Assembly: GCF_001194135.2 (NCBI RefSeq)
Contig: NC_068989.1
Span: 68,830,432-68,894,431 of the forward strand
DNA length: 64,000 bases
Reading direction: 5' to 3'
Source: Octopus bimaculoides
Lineage: Eukaryota
The position numbers and the translations under genes are program-made. This document shows, piece after piece, positions 1-13,168 of the stretch (positions within the stretch are counted from its first letter, which is position 1; each line of letters opens with the position of its first letter). The notes under the pieces are model-generated. The model saw only the letters and a list, made by a program, of their open reading frames with translations, did no database searches and had not been told where the DNA came from.

Positions 1-380
1 GGGGTTCTTGGATATGAATAATTTCTATACAGTACCTTCTACAACGATACATGCAATATATTTTTAGTTTTCTCAGAGTGTACTTGACTTTTAAAGAGGT
101 GATACAAACCTAGCAATGTGTTTTATAGTGATAACAAAATTTCCATTCAAGTCTAACCGTTTTAAGTCGTAGTGGAAACGCGACCTATGTTGCAAATAGG
201 CATACGAGTATTGTATAAATTTTATAAAAGAAAAATTTACAATATTTTGTACATACGAGTATATCAGCCTGTGGGTGCAATAAAATTGGCTCTCATGGGC
301 ACAATTGCATTCACAAGTGGGGATTACCCTACCCCTGTTCTAAATTAATTGAAATAAAGGCAGTGTATTTCAACAGATGT

Positions 381-668
381 GAAGGCTCATGGCTCAGTGG
401 TTAGAGTGCTGGGCTCACAATGAGGTAGTGAGTTCGATTCCCAGACCTGACTGTGTGTTGTGTTCTTAAACAAAACAGTTTATTTCACATTGCTCCAGTC
501 TATTCAGCTGCAGAAATGAGTTGCAATGTCGCTGGTGCTGAGCTGTATAACTCTTTGCTTCTCTCCTGGATAACATCAGTGGCATGGAGAGGGGAGGCTG
601 GACTTGTGCCTCGGAAGGTAACTTTCTAGGTGTAATCACATGGGTCATTCATGACTGAAGAGGGTCAA
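381..668 (+). mobile_element. tRNA-derived SINE (family B)
   Basis: A box TGGCTCAGTGG and B box GTTCGATTCC, followed by a non-tRNA body (TTCACATTGCTCCAGTC...CAGCTG..AAATGAGT). Confidence 0.75.
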
Positions 669-1340
669 AAATTCAATAACTGCACTTGGAAGCAAAACAA
701 GACTCATTGGCTTGTCAAAAGACATGCCAATTCCTGTCATACACAGAAAACACAAACACAATAAAGAAAACACAACAAATATTTTAAATTTCTCCTTGAC
801 CGCTACACTTTAATACTATTTACAGTAGAATACTTTCCAGTGAATATGATACACCTTTATGTACACAGCATGAAAATAAAATAATGGAATAGTAGACACA
901 AAAGAGCATCAGGTATGTTTGTCCAAGATGGCAGCCAAATAGTGGGTTGGATATAATTTTTTCCATTTTGTTTCTTTGTTTTGTTTCTTTTTTTCCAGAA
1001 ATATACAAGTTAAACCAATGAAAATATTAGATTGTATTTTTGTTTCTGGCTATCAGTTATGGACTCTGCTCCTCAAACAGCAAAAAAGTAAGGGGAAGAG
1101 AGAGAAAAAAAAAAGAATGTTATGGTCATTTCTGATCGCTGCTTGAAAGTGAGCCCACATTGAAGACAATAAATTTCAAACAGCTACATTGTTTTAGTTA
1201 TCAGAAAAGTAACAATTTACTTTGCTACTTTTAATGTTCATGGGATCCTTTGTATGTTATTCTTTGAAGCTGATTTTATTTAGAAGGGGAAAATATACTT
1301 CTTCCCACTTCAAATTAAAAAGAAAAACAAAAATCACATA

Positions 1341-1477
1341 NNNNNNNNNNNNNNNNNNNNNNNNNNNNNNNNNNNNNNNNNNNNNNNNNNNNNNNNNNNN
1401 NNNNNNNNNNNNNNNNNNNNNNNNNNNNNNNNNNNNNNNNNNNNNNNNNNNNNNNNNNNNNNNNNNNNNNNNNNNNN
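1341..1477. other. Assembly gap (N run)
   Basis: 137 N bases. Confidence 1.
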
Positions 1478-1890
1478 AGGGAGGGCGGGTTCATTTTTTG
1501 CGGCTTTGAAGGAAAGATAAGAAGATAGTGGTAGTTTCTGTTTCAGAGGAGAAACGAGTGGAAACATTTCATAGTATTTAACCTGCTAGAAATTAAAAAA
1601 GTCATAACCCAAATTGAAAGGAGATGTAGAGGCTATTTGGTGTTTGGAAAAGATAGTCTTGAGATCTTTTGTGTCAGGTTCAATATGGCCTACAACAGAA
1701 AAGAAAATGAAAATCAATAATGTACTCATGTTATTTAAGCATTCAGCTAAGTTAATTTACCTTTTGTCATTTAAATAGAATGAACAAAAACAATCAGAAG
1801 AGCAGAACATAGTACTGACTTATAAAAACGTTTAATATACTTTGTAGCATATTATGGTTGTATAATGAAATACCATGTGCCTAGAAATCA

Positions 1891-1924
1891 TTAACAACCA
1901 GAAGTGTTTAGGTTAGATGATTCT
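1891..1924 (-). CDS. GckIII (STK24/25/26): Candidate terminal coding exon: (R)ESSNLNTSGC*
   Basis: ctcactatttag|A GAA TCA...TGT TAA completes the phase-2 Arg codon and gives a short Ser-rich tail. The pyrimidine tract is only moderate. An AATAAA lies downstream on the minus strand at 1275-1280. Confidence 0.4.
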
Positions 1925-2244
1925 CTAAATAGTGAGCCAACAAAGGGGCCCTTTACATGGTACTGACTTGCTAGAAATAACAGCCAAACATCCTTCACAC
2001 AAATGAAGGATACATTGGATAATACAGTTCCTACGTTACATAGTCTGGAAAAAGAATGTGACTGTAATGAGTGTAACAATTTATTGAGCTTAGAAGAATG
2101 TAAGACAAATTTGACTTGGTAAGTTATACTGCCAAAACAAATAGAGGCATTACTCTAAATTGCATGAAAATTACTGTTTTTTAAATCTCACAATGCAACA
2201 GCACTTTGTAGTAAAGACTGTTTGCCAACATAACATGGCAGACA

Positions 2245-2328
2245 TGGTTTAGGACGAATGTTGCTGTAATTTAGCCCCAAGAGACATGTCTCCTGGGGCT
2301 AAATTACAGCAACATTTGTCCTAAACCA
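2245..2328. repeat. 84-bp near-perfect palindrome (2 x 42 bp), probably a fold-back MITE
   Basis: TGGTTTAGGACGAATGTTGCTGTAATTTAGCCCCAAGAGACA followed by its reverse complement; 40 of 42 positions are Watson-Crick. Confidence 0.9.
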
Positions 2329-2642
2329 GGACTGACTTGTAACTCATTGCTATACCATTTCTGCCATCAAAAAGGAAGTGGAAAGCAGAAAACTGCTCAA
2401 GCAATGAAATAAATGATAGAAGGTTTAACTAAACAAATATGCTTTTTCACTGTCTTATAACTTTGATTTTAATTACGTTTGTATATAGCTTACCCAAGTT
2501 TTATAATTTAAACTTTTTTCAAAGAAAGCTACATGAAATGCTTGAATTTATATAATTGTTTTTTTCTTACAGCACAGAAATTGCAATTAAGGAGATAAAT
2601 TCAGTTAAGAGGGAAAATAATATAAAAGATGAATCACCGTAC

Positions 2643-2836
2643 CGTTTAAATTTCTCTACCCCTTGGCGAACTTCAGCTTCTCGTAACATCTGTTCCCCTA
2701 TGTTTCTTACAACATCTGTTAAAAATCTGTCAGTGATGCCAGGACAGGATTTCTCCACCAAGTCAAAAGCATTCCTTAACTCATCAATGGCTTCAATATT
2801 CTGAGGTGGTCTCACTACTCTGTAATGTTCTCTCAA
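2643..2836 (-). CDS. GckIII (STK24/25/26): Dimerisation-region exon: LREHYRVVRPPQNIEAIDELRNAFDLVEKSCPGITDRFLTDVVRNIGEQMLREAEVRQGVEKFK(R)
   Basis: atatttcag|TTG...CG|GTACGG; 194 nt, phase 0-2. The AI.EL..A....E..CPGI.D motif matches the CCM3/PDCD10-binding region. The donor is moderate, and the frame also reads through to a stop at 2567. Confidence 0.9.
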
Positions 2837-3987
2837 CTGAAATATACAATCAAGAAGTCAAGACTTAGTTTAACAACACCATGACAAGCTTTTAACCTTT
2901 TCAAGTCCACAAATACTAGTAACAACTATTATCTGACCTTTAAGAGTGGATAAGGTTAATCTAAAGAATATTAAAGAAAAGTTCAGTCAGCACCAATTAT
3001 ATAACAGAAATTCAATATTTTAGTTAAACTATAACTTCACAGTGACATGAGAAATATTTGTCTACAGACAATCCAAATTTAACTAACACAAACTAATTGG
3101 CTTCATATTCAAGGGCAATAAACTGTTTGTACTTTTAGCTTCCAATTCACTATAAAACTTGTCCAATTATGAAGTATAGAGAGGTACCACAGAATAAACA
3201 ATCATTCATTCAATAATCTTCACTAACAAGAGTGTTACATGGGCACGTGACATAATTTTGAAAATATACTTTTGTCATAATGGCTAATATTGGGAAATAC
3301 GGCGTATATACGATAATGCTCATTTAATAGTGTTTATACAAAATGATGATATCTTTATATTTTATCTTTTACTTGTTTCAGTCATCAGAATGTGGCCATG
3401 CTGTGGCACCACCTTGAAGGGATTTTAATCAAATGAATTGACCATTACTTTTTGTTTTTTTAAGCCTGGTACTCATTCTATTGACCTCTTTTGCCAACCA
3501 CTAAGTTACAGGGACAGAAACACATCAACACTGGTTCTAAAGCATTGGTGGGGGACAAAGAAAGACACAATTACACACACACACTACAGGCTTCTTTCAG
3601 TTTCCACTCACAAGGCTTTGGTCAGCTTGAGGCTGTAGTAGAAGACACTTGCCTAAAGTGCCAAACAGTGGGACTGAACCCCAAACCATGTGACTGGGAA
3701 GCAAGCTTCTTACCACACATATGCCTATATGAATACTAATTTTCAAAAGATTCATTACCTTAAAATAAATTTAAATAAAATATTTCTCATTTGTACAACT
3801 GTAACTACTGTCATTTACTTCTTCTCTATCACTTTGTGTGTTACTGTAATATTCTTTTACTCTTTGCATGCCACCTAGCCTCATATGTGCCATCATCCTA
3901 CACTTCTTATGTTAACTCTCTATATGATGTAAAGCATGCTGGGAAAACCAACATTTGTATCAGCTACTGTTGTTATAATACAGAAAT

Positions 3988-4205
3988 AAGGCAGTGAGCT
4001 GGCAGAATCATTAGCACACTGGGCAAAATGCTTAGCGACATTTCGTACGTCTTTATGCTCTGAGTTCAAATTCTGCCAAGGTCGACTTTGCCTTTCATCC
4101 TTTCACAGTTGATAAATTACATACCAATCAAGCACCGGGGTCAGTGTTATTGACTATCCCCCTCCCCACAAATTCCAAGCCTTGTGCCTATAGTAGAAAG
4201 GGTAT
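3988..4205 (+). mobile_element. tRNA-derived SINE (family C); other copies at about 18610-18817(-), 37000-37160(-), 48515-48665(+), 54682-54890(-)
   Basis: Head AGGCAGTGAGCTGGCAGAATC, B-box-like GAGTTCAAATTC, shared body GTCGACTTTGCCTTTCATCCTT and tail CTTGTGCCTATAGTAGAAAGG recur across copies. Confidence 0.8.
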
Positions 4206-4348
4206 TCTACAGAATTTTTTTTTTTTTTATTTTTTTTTTTTTGGTTTCATTATAACATCTTTGTTTAAAAGCATAACTAACTTTCCAAGATGTTGTTTAC
4301 TAGTGTAATTTACTTCCCTGAAATATTTTGTCTCTGAACATATCTTAC

Positions 4349-4465
4349 CTCATTAAGAATAGGGAACACAATAATGGAAAGACATGTAGAAGCTTGGTTG
4401 GAGGGTAGAGGTACTATTTCAGATTCTGTTCCAGAGGATGGCTGGTTTCTTGCAATTCGTGGTGG
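4349..4465 (-). CDS. GckIII (STK24/25/26): Exon: PPRIARNQPSSGTESEIVPLPSNQASTCLSIIVFPILNE
   Basis: tttatttacag|CCA...GAG|GTAAGA; 117 nt, phase 0-0. STCLSIIVFPILNE matches the CLS.II.P...E start of the GCKIII dimerisation region. Confidence 0.9.
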
Positions 4466-7400
4466 CTGTAAATAAAAATGGTTTTGGTATGATTAAGAAA
4501 CCAAATCTAAAAACAAAAAAGCAACAACTTAGTAAAGATATTATCAATCACATTCTCATGATAAAAAAAAAAGAAAGAAAGAAAGAAAAAGAATCATTTC
4601 TTAAAAAAAATAAATCATTTTTATACAATACATCATCTGAAAAAGATTACATGAACAGCAAAGAACAAGTAAGTTTTATCATCAGCACATGGCTTAAAAA
4701 AAGAGCATTTCATTTTAAATAGCTTAAAAGAAAGAAAATATTAGAGAATCATGTAAAATAGGGTAAAATTAGATGAACATACTGCAAGAGAAATAAGAGT
4801 TGATGAGTAAATCTAAATTTAATATAAAGCAACAAGTACTGTATTAATTAATACACACAATAGTTAAGATTGACTTCCATTCCAGCCCCACCTTGTTCCT
4901 AATGTTTTCCAATCTAGTCTTTAATTAAGGAATGCTTAAAAATGTTATAAAGTCAGTAAACCAGATTATGATTGTTAAATTAAATGCACAGACAGTTTCC
5001 TAGTCAGGCAGGCAAACATATGTTATTGCCCTTGTAATGTTAAATTTGGAGGGAATAAATAAATAATTGCATGTATTCTGTTAATTACACTTATTAAACT
5101 AGTTCCTAATAGTAATTCTGGAGAGAGAAAAAAGTGTTATGTATGGGTGGAGGTTAAATTATTTAATCTTTTTATACAAACCCATGTGATAATGTCCCTG
5201 CTTTTATGATATAAATTTCTTGTTTTAAAACCTTACATCAAAATTTCATGTTAATTTCAGTCTCATACACCAGCTTAATAAAGACAAAGTTATTTTACTA
5301 CATTCTTCATTATTTTAATAATTTAATTAAAATTAAGGCAGTATATTTTAGAAGAAATATGGTAACAAAAGAGCTTGCGTATCTCATTCAGAAATTATAT
5401 CTGTGAAGGCCGAGTGGTTTGAAATTTTTCTTACTACTTTAACTGCCCAAGACCACGCTTGGTTCTAGGATACAGACTTTTTGTTTTAAGTGATCTAGAT
5501 TAAAATCTTCCATCAAAATTGCATGTTAATCTAAGTCTCAAACACCAACTCAATAATAACAAAATTATTTCACTAAATTCTTCATTATTTTAAAACTTAA
5601 TTGAAATAATAACAAAAGGCAGCATACTTTAACAAAAATATGGTAATGACAAGGTGAATCTTCTGCCCATTTTTGGAACAAGAATAACATTCAGCAACAT
5701 TTTTTCATTTTTTTTATATATATGGGAGAAAAAAAAAAAGAGAAAAAAAACGGGGTGGGGGTTGGGGATATAACAAAACTTCAGTTTTACTAGATATCTA
5801 ATTCCTATTAATAGTGAATTGAATTTGCTAACCTTAGCCCTGAAATTTTAGGTGCTCAACAAGTGTCCTTACAAGTCATAAGTTTAAACCTTATTTGATA
5901 AAATATAAGCAACATTTGAGGGGAACATGAATAATCTTAGAAATAAATCGGTGCTAAGACATTCAGTAACTAAGCCCAGACAAATTTATTACTGCATAAA
6001 AGAAGGGGGGTAGGGAATAGTGATATAACATTTCTTTAAAAAAATTTTGTACTTTTTAAAATAAACACTTTCATTTCAATTCCATTAATAACATAAACAT
6101 CTCAAATGTTTATTCATGCATGTTAAAAATTTCTCTCGGATGCTCATGCCCTTTAATGTTTTCACAACCTATAAAAAGAAACCCATTCTATGAACAATTG
6201 TTTGTTTGCTTAGCAGGACTTTATGGGAAAGTCAGCTGTCTGTTATCAGATGATTTTGGTGCAGAGGAAATATTAAGTGGTTTGTTCTAATGGCCACTGC
6301 ATTATAAACAAAATATCAACAAATTAATCTTGGATGGGTAAAAAAAAAAGGGGTTAATAAAAAAATTCTTATATCAAATATGAATTAATTTGAAATAAAC
6401 TTTGGCTAAAAATTCTGAAGAAAAAAGATATTCTTAGTAATAAGTTCCTAAAAGTTAAATTTTCAGTATTTATCTGTAACTGGTAGGAAAAAAACATTAT
6501 CAAGAATTATTTAGGTAAAAAAAAAAAAAAAAAAATGACATACCTCTATTTACTCTAAAGAATTAATCCCAAACATTTACTAATAATGTTCAGTTTATCT
6601 CTTTTTCTCTTTCTTTTTTGTTTGGAAAATATAAAATATATTCTTTGTTTTTTTTCCTTTTCATTCTATCCATGCTAGCATAGTTTAGACAACCAGATGC
6701 TCTTCCTGTCAGTAACCTATACCTAGTTTAAAGGTAAAGGACTTTTTATTTCACACACTTTCACAGGTGCAAAGCCTGCAGACAATGTTGATATGAAAAA
6801 TGACAACAAAACCACTTGTACTTTGCTATATTCAAAGAAGCACAAATGAACACACATGTACATACATAACCACACACACACATATATATAAGTGTGTGTA
6901 GAGACAGAAAAAGAGAAAGATCATCATCACCAGAGATATATGTGGATATCTATGACAGGCTCCATTTAGTTTCTAGTTACAAAATCCATTCATAAAGCTT
7001 TAATTGGTCTAGAACTATAATAGAGGACACTGTGATGCTTCTCAGTCAAACTGTCCAACCCATGCCAGCATAGAAAGCAGATGTTAAACGATGATGATGA
7101 CGACGACGACGACGACTATCCTAACAACTGCAACATCAGAACAGGATACTATTTCTGATTTGTATAATGTTTTCATTTCCGTATATTCTTGAAATTGTTT
7201 ATATGCTTAACTTCATAAACTTCATAAATGGACATAAAGAAAAAATTCCTTAAATCTGGCTGGATGTTTTTTTTCTTTCTCACTTTCTATTTCAATCATG
7301 AGTATCTGTATAAATTTTGAAGAAATGTCCAAAATTCTTTCAATACAGATAGATGCAGTAACAAAATCTCTACTTCACTCCCATTCAGCTAATTTTAAAA

Positions 7401-10400
7401 TAAAAATGCTTATCATGAAATCTTAAATAAAACTGAGCAATATATTTAAAATTGTAAGAGGGGATATTATTATTCATAAGATCAGTAAATAAGAAAATAA
7501 TTTTTCTTTTTGAACACCTACAAAAATAAATTCACATTCTGAAAACATTGAAGACAAAAATTAGTATATGTTAATGTGGGGGTTAGTTAATATGGAATTA
7601 TTGAAAGGTGTTTTAGTAGTGTGGAGTGTACATAATGCTGATTAGGTCACCCTATTTCAAAGAACTGAGCCATAATTTATTTGCTGAATGTATTTTTTTT
7701 AAACACCTGTTGTTGTTGTTGTAGTTAGGTTTCTATTCTTTCTCTAATTATATATATCATTACTTGTGACACACATTCAGGTGTCACAACACAATGTTGT
7801 CACTGAAATTCCAGGTAAGAATTAATTAGTGTTTCTATTTCTTGAAAGTCTACATATCACATAAGACTGAACTCAGAATCATCTAAAGATCTTATCCACT
7901 GCGTCACATTAAAAAAAAAATGACAAGAGAATATGGTGCTTGAAATGCAGTGTAGGTACAAATGCAAATGTTAGGGGTTAATAATAGCCTAATTAACTGC
8001 AACTATTCTAATGAAATGTTAATTTTCTTTTTCTATTTTTTGTATTAAGGTATGTGCAAATCGTTCAAACGTATAAGTTAATTATAGTATATCAGAAAGC
8101 ATTTAAACTGAAAGCAGAGCAGTTGTAAGTATATAGTAAACTTTTCTACAAAAAAAAGGTTGGTTGAAGTGAAAATAATCCAGACATCTAGCTGAGAGGT
8201 TGACAGTTTGTATCTCAACATCAAACAATATACTGTCTGGTCAATAAACTTCAACTCAGCCTGTGGGTATAGCTACGAGAGGGATGAACTCACCACAAGC
8301 ACATTATTCCTAGCTAGGCAAGAAATCAAAATCTTCAATGGTGCATTTAAAACCCAATAGGCTATGGGGAAGCACCACAACTTTCTAAAAACTGTTACAT
8401 TTATAATGAATATTCTATAAAGAAAGGTTTAACAAAAAAAAAAAAGACTGCTGATATAGATTTTAAAATTCATCAGCAACATAAAAATCTTTAAATACAC
8501 CTAATGTTCAGCAAAGTTCAACAAATTTTAGTTAAGGTTAATAATATTTAGAAAAAGATCTATCGTTTAACGTATTCTCTTCTGCAAAATATTCATGCAT
8601 AAGATTATCATTCCTTATAAAGTCTGCATCTAAAGGATAACAAAGGGTTAAAAATAACTTACATATACATGGTAGACAGCAGGGGTATTAGTTTTGTATG
8701 AAGGTTCAATTGGTTTATGGCCATCTGGGAGATCGTACAGGGATTTAGGTCGGTTATAGAATATATAAGATGGTGGCTAAGGGAGGAAGTACCAAGATGG
8801 AATAAGTATTAACATACGAAATGGTATAAAATAAACGTAGACAAATGTGTAGTTGAATAGAATGTGCTTACAGTAACATGTTGAAAGGGTTGATAGTGAC
8901 AAATTAAATACAGTCTCTAGAAATTACTATTAAAAACATTAAGCAGTTTGTGATGAATCACACTTACAAAGAGAATGTTCTTGTGTTAATTTAAAAAAAA
9001 AAAGTAAACTAACCACAAAAAAAGTATTTAAAAGTTTGGAATTATTAAGTAAATATCTTTCAGAGAAAATAAAACAAAATATATTTTTAATAAGAATTGC
9101 GTGAGCAAAGAAAAAATATATATACTGAGTTATCAATGAATTCAATTATATATAATTCAATTGAAATTTTAAAAAAATTAATCAATGCTTGTAACCTAAT
9201 TTAGAATTTGTAAAACAAATTATCTTAAGAATATGTCTACCTGAAAAACAAATGCAATAAATAATGTATTATTAAATGAAGTAATTAAATTCTAAAAAAT
9301 AGTGTAAAAGAACAACGAAACTAATTCCAATAAAATCTTGAGTCATGAAGGCTACAATAGTTTCAGACACAATTTGACAAGATCATTGTGCTGGTTAGAA
9401 CATTGATTTCATCTAGATTGCATACATTTTAGGATTTTTCTCAATAATACTTCTAAGTCAAGAAACATTTGTTTTTGTTTTTTTTTTTCCCTCTTCAATT
9501 TTATGTGAAATACAAAGGTAATTAGTAAATTACTAGAATTAGTTTAAATAATAAAAATTTAATGAAAATATTTTGAATACCAATTGATTTTCAAGTTATT
9601 ATGAATACTTATAGTGGTATTTTTCTTCAAGAAAGGAGTTACAATAAACTGTAATGTGTGTGTATGGTATTTCTTCATGAAAAATAAAAACTCAAAGAAA
9701 TAAATTATATGCAATAAAAAAAAAATTTTTAAACTAATAAAATCTGCATCACAGAAAATTTACAAGATTAAAAAGAAAATGGTATTTGAGAAACACTCAT
9801 AATGGTGAAATTTCCAAGTAAGAGTTCAAGTAGTCAAAATCTAATGAGGAGATATTGAGATAACTCTGGTGTCATAAGAAAAATATAATAATTTACTTCC
9901 ATAGATACAAACAGCAAAATGTTACTGTACCAACCACTCAAAAAAGATTAGAGTGAAGACGATTATTGCTATGTAATAATACTAACTACTCATGAAAAGA
10001 TAAAAAAGAAGAAATCATCACCAAATTGCATCATAGACTTATCACTGTCCCATGCACACCTTAAAAAAACAAAAAACTAGCAAGCATTCTCTTTAATGTC
10101 GCCAATACAAGTAGTCACTTCTCTAATTCACAACACGGATCACAGTATTCACACATGCTACAGAAAAATTATATTACTACTTCAGCTAATAACAGATAGA
10201 CTTAATCATCTGACCAACTACCTATACATGCCATAAATTTACTCGATCAAGACTGACTGGTTTACATAATGACATCTCCTGGTAAATAACATCATTATTA
10301 GTTCGGCATCTTGATGTTTTTTAATTAACAAAAGCAGTTCAGTAGAAGTACTGAACAGATTAAAAAATATACCATTCTTTTTTACTTTTTTTCATTGTTA

Positions 10401-10843
10401 CGAAACTTCCACATCATTAGAAATAACTTTTCACAACTATCATTTCAAATTCTCTTTTTTGTGAAAGTCTAGTTTATTGGTAAATTAAGGAGACATATTG
10501 TCCATAAAATTTCAAAGTTACACTATTCTATATATTGCCAAAAATAGTCTCTCCTCCTCTCTTCTTCAAAAATGAAGAGCAGCTGTCTTAAAAAATAGAC
10601 GTAGTATTTTGAAATAAAATACAAAAATCAGTCACCGAAAAAAATTACTGACACAGAAAGAATGTGAAAACTAATTATTTCGTGGAATTCATCTCAAGGT
10701 CAATAACCAAATGAGGAGGTGGGGGGAAAAGGTTGTGAAGGTTAACTATCAGACAATCAGATGGTTGAGGTATTTCCTAAAGTGATTAGATGATACAAGA
10801 GGTGCAAAGGGGGAAAGAATGGACATAGTAAGAATACACTTAC

Positions 10844-10912
10844 TCTGAAATTTTCTATTGATTCAGAAGAGATAGGATGCATATCTGACTTGCTACGAGT
10901 ATGTTTGGCGCC
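10844..10912 (-). CDS. GckIII (STK24/25/26): 69-nt symmetric exon: GAKHTRSKSDMHPISSESIENFR
   Basis: atttgttttccag|GGC...AGA|GTAAGT; phase 0-0, open, consensus splice sites. Confidence 0.8.
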
Positions 10913-13087
10913 CTGGAAAACAAATATACTGAAATCCTAAGAAAAAATTGCTATTTTGGTTAGAGATGCGATGTTCTGACTCCAAAGCAAACATCTAAAA
11001 ACCATGCGTTGATCTAACATGGTAAAAAGCATTAGATACTAGAAAAAAAGTACCAATCTAGTTAGATTAGGGCTTTGTTATAACCAACCACCAGACAATC
11101 AGACAATATTGAATTAGTAGATGAATATATTATAGCCTACATTGAAGAAATGTTACAGGCAATAAGCTACAAGAGGCTACCTTACAATGTTAAATTTTTA
11201 TAAAACATATCATGAGACATGCTCTATTAATTCTAATTAGAAATGACAACCAAGAGTAAATCCCATAAAAAAAAAAGAAATATTGTGATTAAATGAAGCT
11301 CTAAGCTCTAGCTAAAGAAAACAGAAAGCAAAATATCCTTAAAAGAAGACAGGACTTATTTAACAGCTTCAAAGTAGGAAAATATACCAGAGAAAAACTA
11401 GTTTTTAGAAATACAGAGTTAGTAGCTGATATAGGGAAACAAAATGTCAACAAATATTATTTTAAGCAGAGTTAAATCTTGTAAAAAAGATATGCGCAGA
11501 GGTTTTAAAATGATTGAGAAAATCTACATATACAACCCCTAATAAAAAGCCACATGGAAAGAAACATGGGAATTTAAATCTATTGACAGTAAATGAAATG
11601 GTATTCAAAGAAAAAATATTTGCAGATATGCAAAGGTTATTTTGTTATAAGAAACCAAAGCAATACAACCCCTTCCAAAAATGTTTGTCAAGTGAAAGAT
11701 GAGCAATTTAAATCTATTCACAGCAAATGAAAAGTATTTTTTATTCAATTATGGGAACCCCATGAATAATTGCCTTATAGTATTATCTTTGTTGAATCAA
11801 TAAATTGTTCAAGTAGACAGACCATGCCAGAACTGGACGTTCAAAACTTGGGTGACTTTTCTAATAACTTCAATTTTGTATTAAAATCACAATTCAAATC
11901 TTTATCCTAATACATAACTGGAGCAATAATTTCAATGGAACAGCTTTCAGTATTGTTCAAAAAGAGAAAGAAAGGAGAGAGAAAAAGGGGAGGAGGAATA
12001 TGAAGAAAATGAAATTTGAAGCAGCCAGAGCAATTTGCATTAAAAAGATAAAAGGCTAAAATATGAAATAGAAGCGAAAGAAAAAATTCTTGATTGAATT
12101 TTAAAATTAAATGAAAAGTAATATGGCTACAATAAACAGCATGAATTTAAAACTAGAGGAAAAAAAATGTGATCAATATGTTTCAATTTGATCATAAATA
12201 TTTTAAAAATTTGTTGTAGATATAAATTAATCCAGCACGAGTTTGCTGCAATTTAATACAACCTAAATAAACATTAGTCACCAAGCAACAAAAACATTAT
12301 ATGATAAAGTATTAATCTATTTAGCAATACTCAAATGTTAGCACACTTCTACTTCAACTATTGTATTGTCTTTTTTGCAGTATTATAGAACCAACATAGG
12401 AAGTAGACAAATGGGTAGCAACAATCAGCTGTTTTCATATTTAAACAATATTATTATAAATCCATTGTAAACGGAATATAGATATTAAGTTTTAAATTGG
12501 GAAAAAGGTTATTGACAATAAATAAATAAATAAATCAAACAGTGTCAAGAAGAAATATTAAAAACTGTAAAATAAAAACTGCCACATATTTGCAACTAAT
12601 CTACCAAAGGAAGAAGACTAACAGCTACCAGAGGGAATTGCAAGAGGTAAAGAAATGAATTTAAGTAGAAAGCAAAGGCAAAATAATATATTCATGAAAA
12701 TGTTGCCAATGTTATTAAATTTAAAAAAGCTGACATTTTCCAAGCTGCCTACTGCACTCAGAAATGTAAAATTCCATGCTTTCAAATTTAAAGGATTTAG
12801 TCTGAGAAGCAATGGTTGCTTGCTTACATGGGTTTCAAACTTGAGCATTACGGCATGTTAATTGCCTTTATAGAAAGGACAAGACAAGAACTAAACAATT
12901 GTGCACATAGATTGTTTTACACTTAATTAGACTATGACAATATCAACAGTAGCTGAAGCAAAGACGAATATTAAGTGTAGACATTTGGTAGTAGAGAAAA
13001 GCACAAAGGAGTAAATAAAATTTGGGGAAAAAAAAAAAGATAAAGTTCAGTAAGCTAAAATGGTACATATGTTATTAGGTAACTTAC

Positions 13088-13168
13088 AATGTAGTCAGCA
13101 TCATGGTTTTGAATGGCTGGTGTAGAGTCAGCACGACCATGATGGCTAAGTGGAGCAGATTGTATTTG
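13088..13168 (-). CDS. GckIII (STK24/25/26): 81-nt symmetric exon: QIQSAPLSHHGRADSTPAIQNHDADYI
   Basis: tttctcttgtag|CAA...ATT|GTAAGT; phase 0-0, open, GC-enriched relative to flanks. Confidence 0.8.

Noticed and set aside
6544-6554. 11-nt microexon-like segment (tttag|AGTAAATAGAG|GTATGT)
   Set aside because: It is frame-shifting with an immediate stop and has no supporting evidence.
8294-8384. AG...GTGAGT-bounded 91-nt segment in the linker region
   Set aside because: It is not a multiple of 3 and has an in-frame TAG in phase 0.
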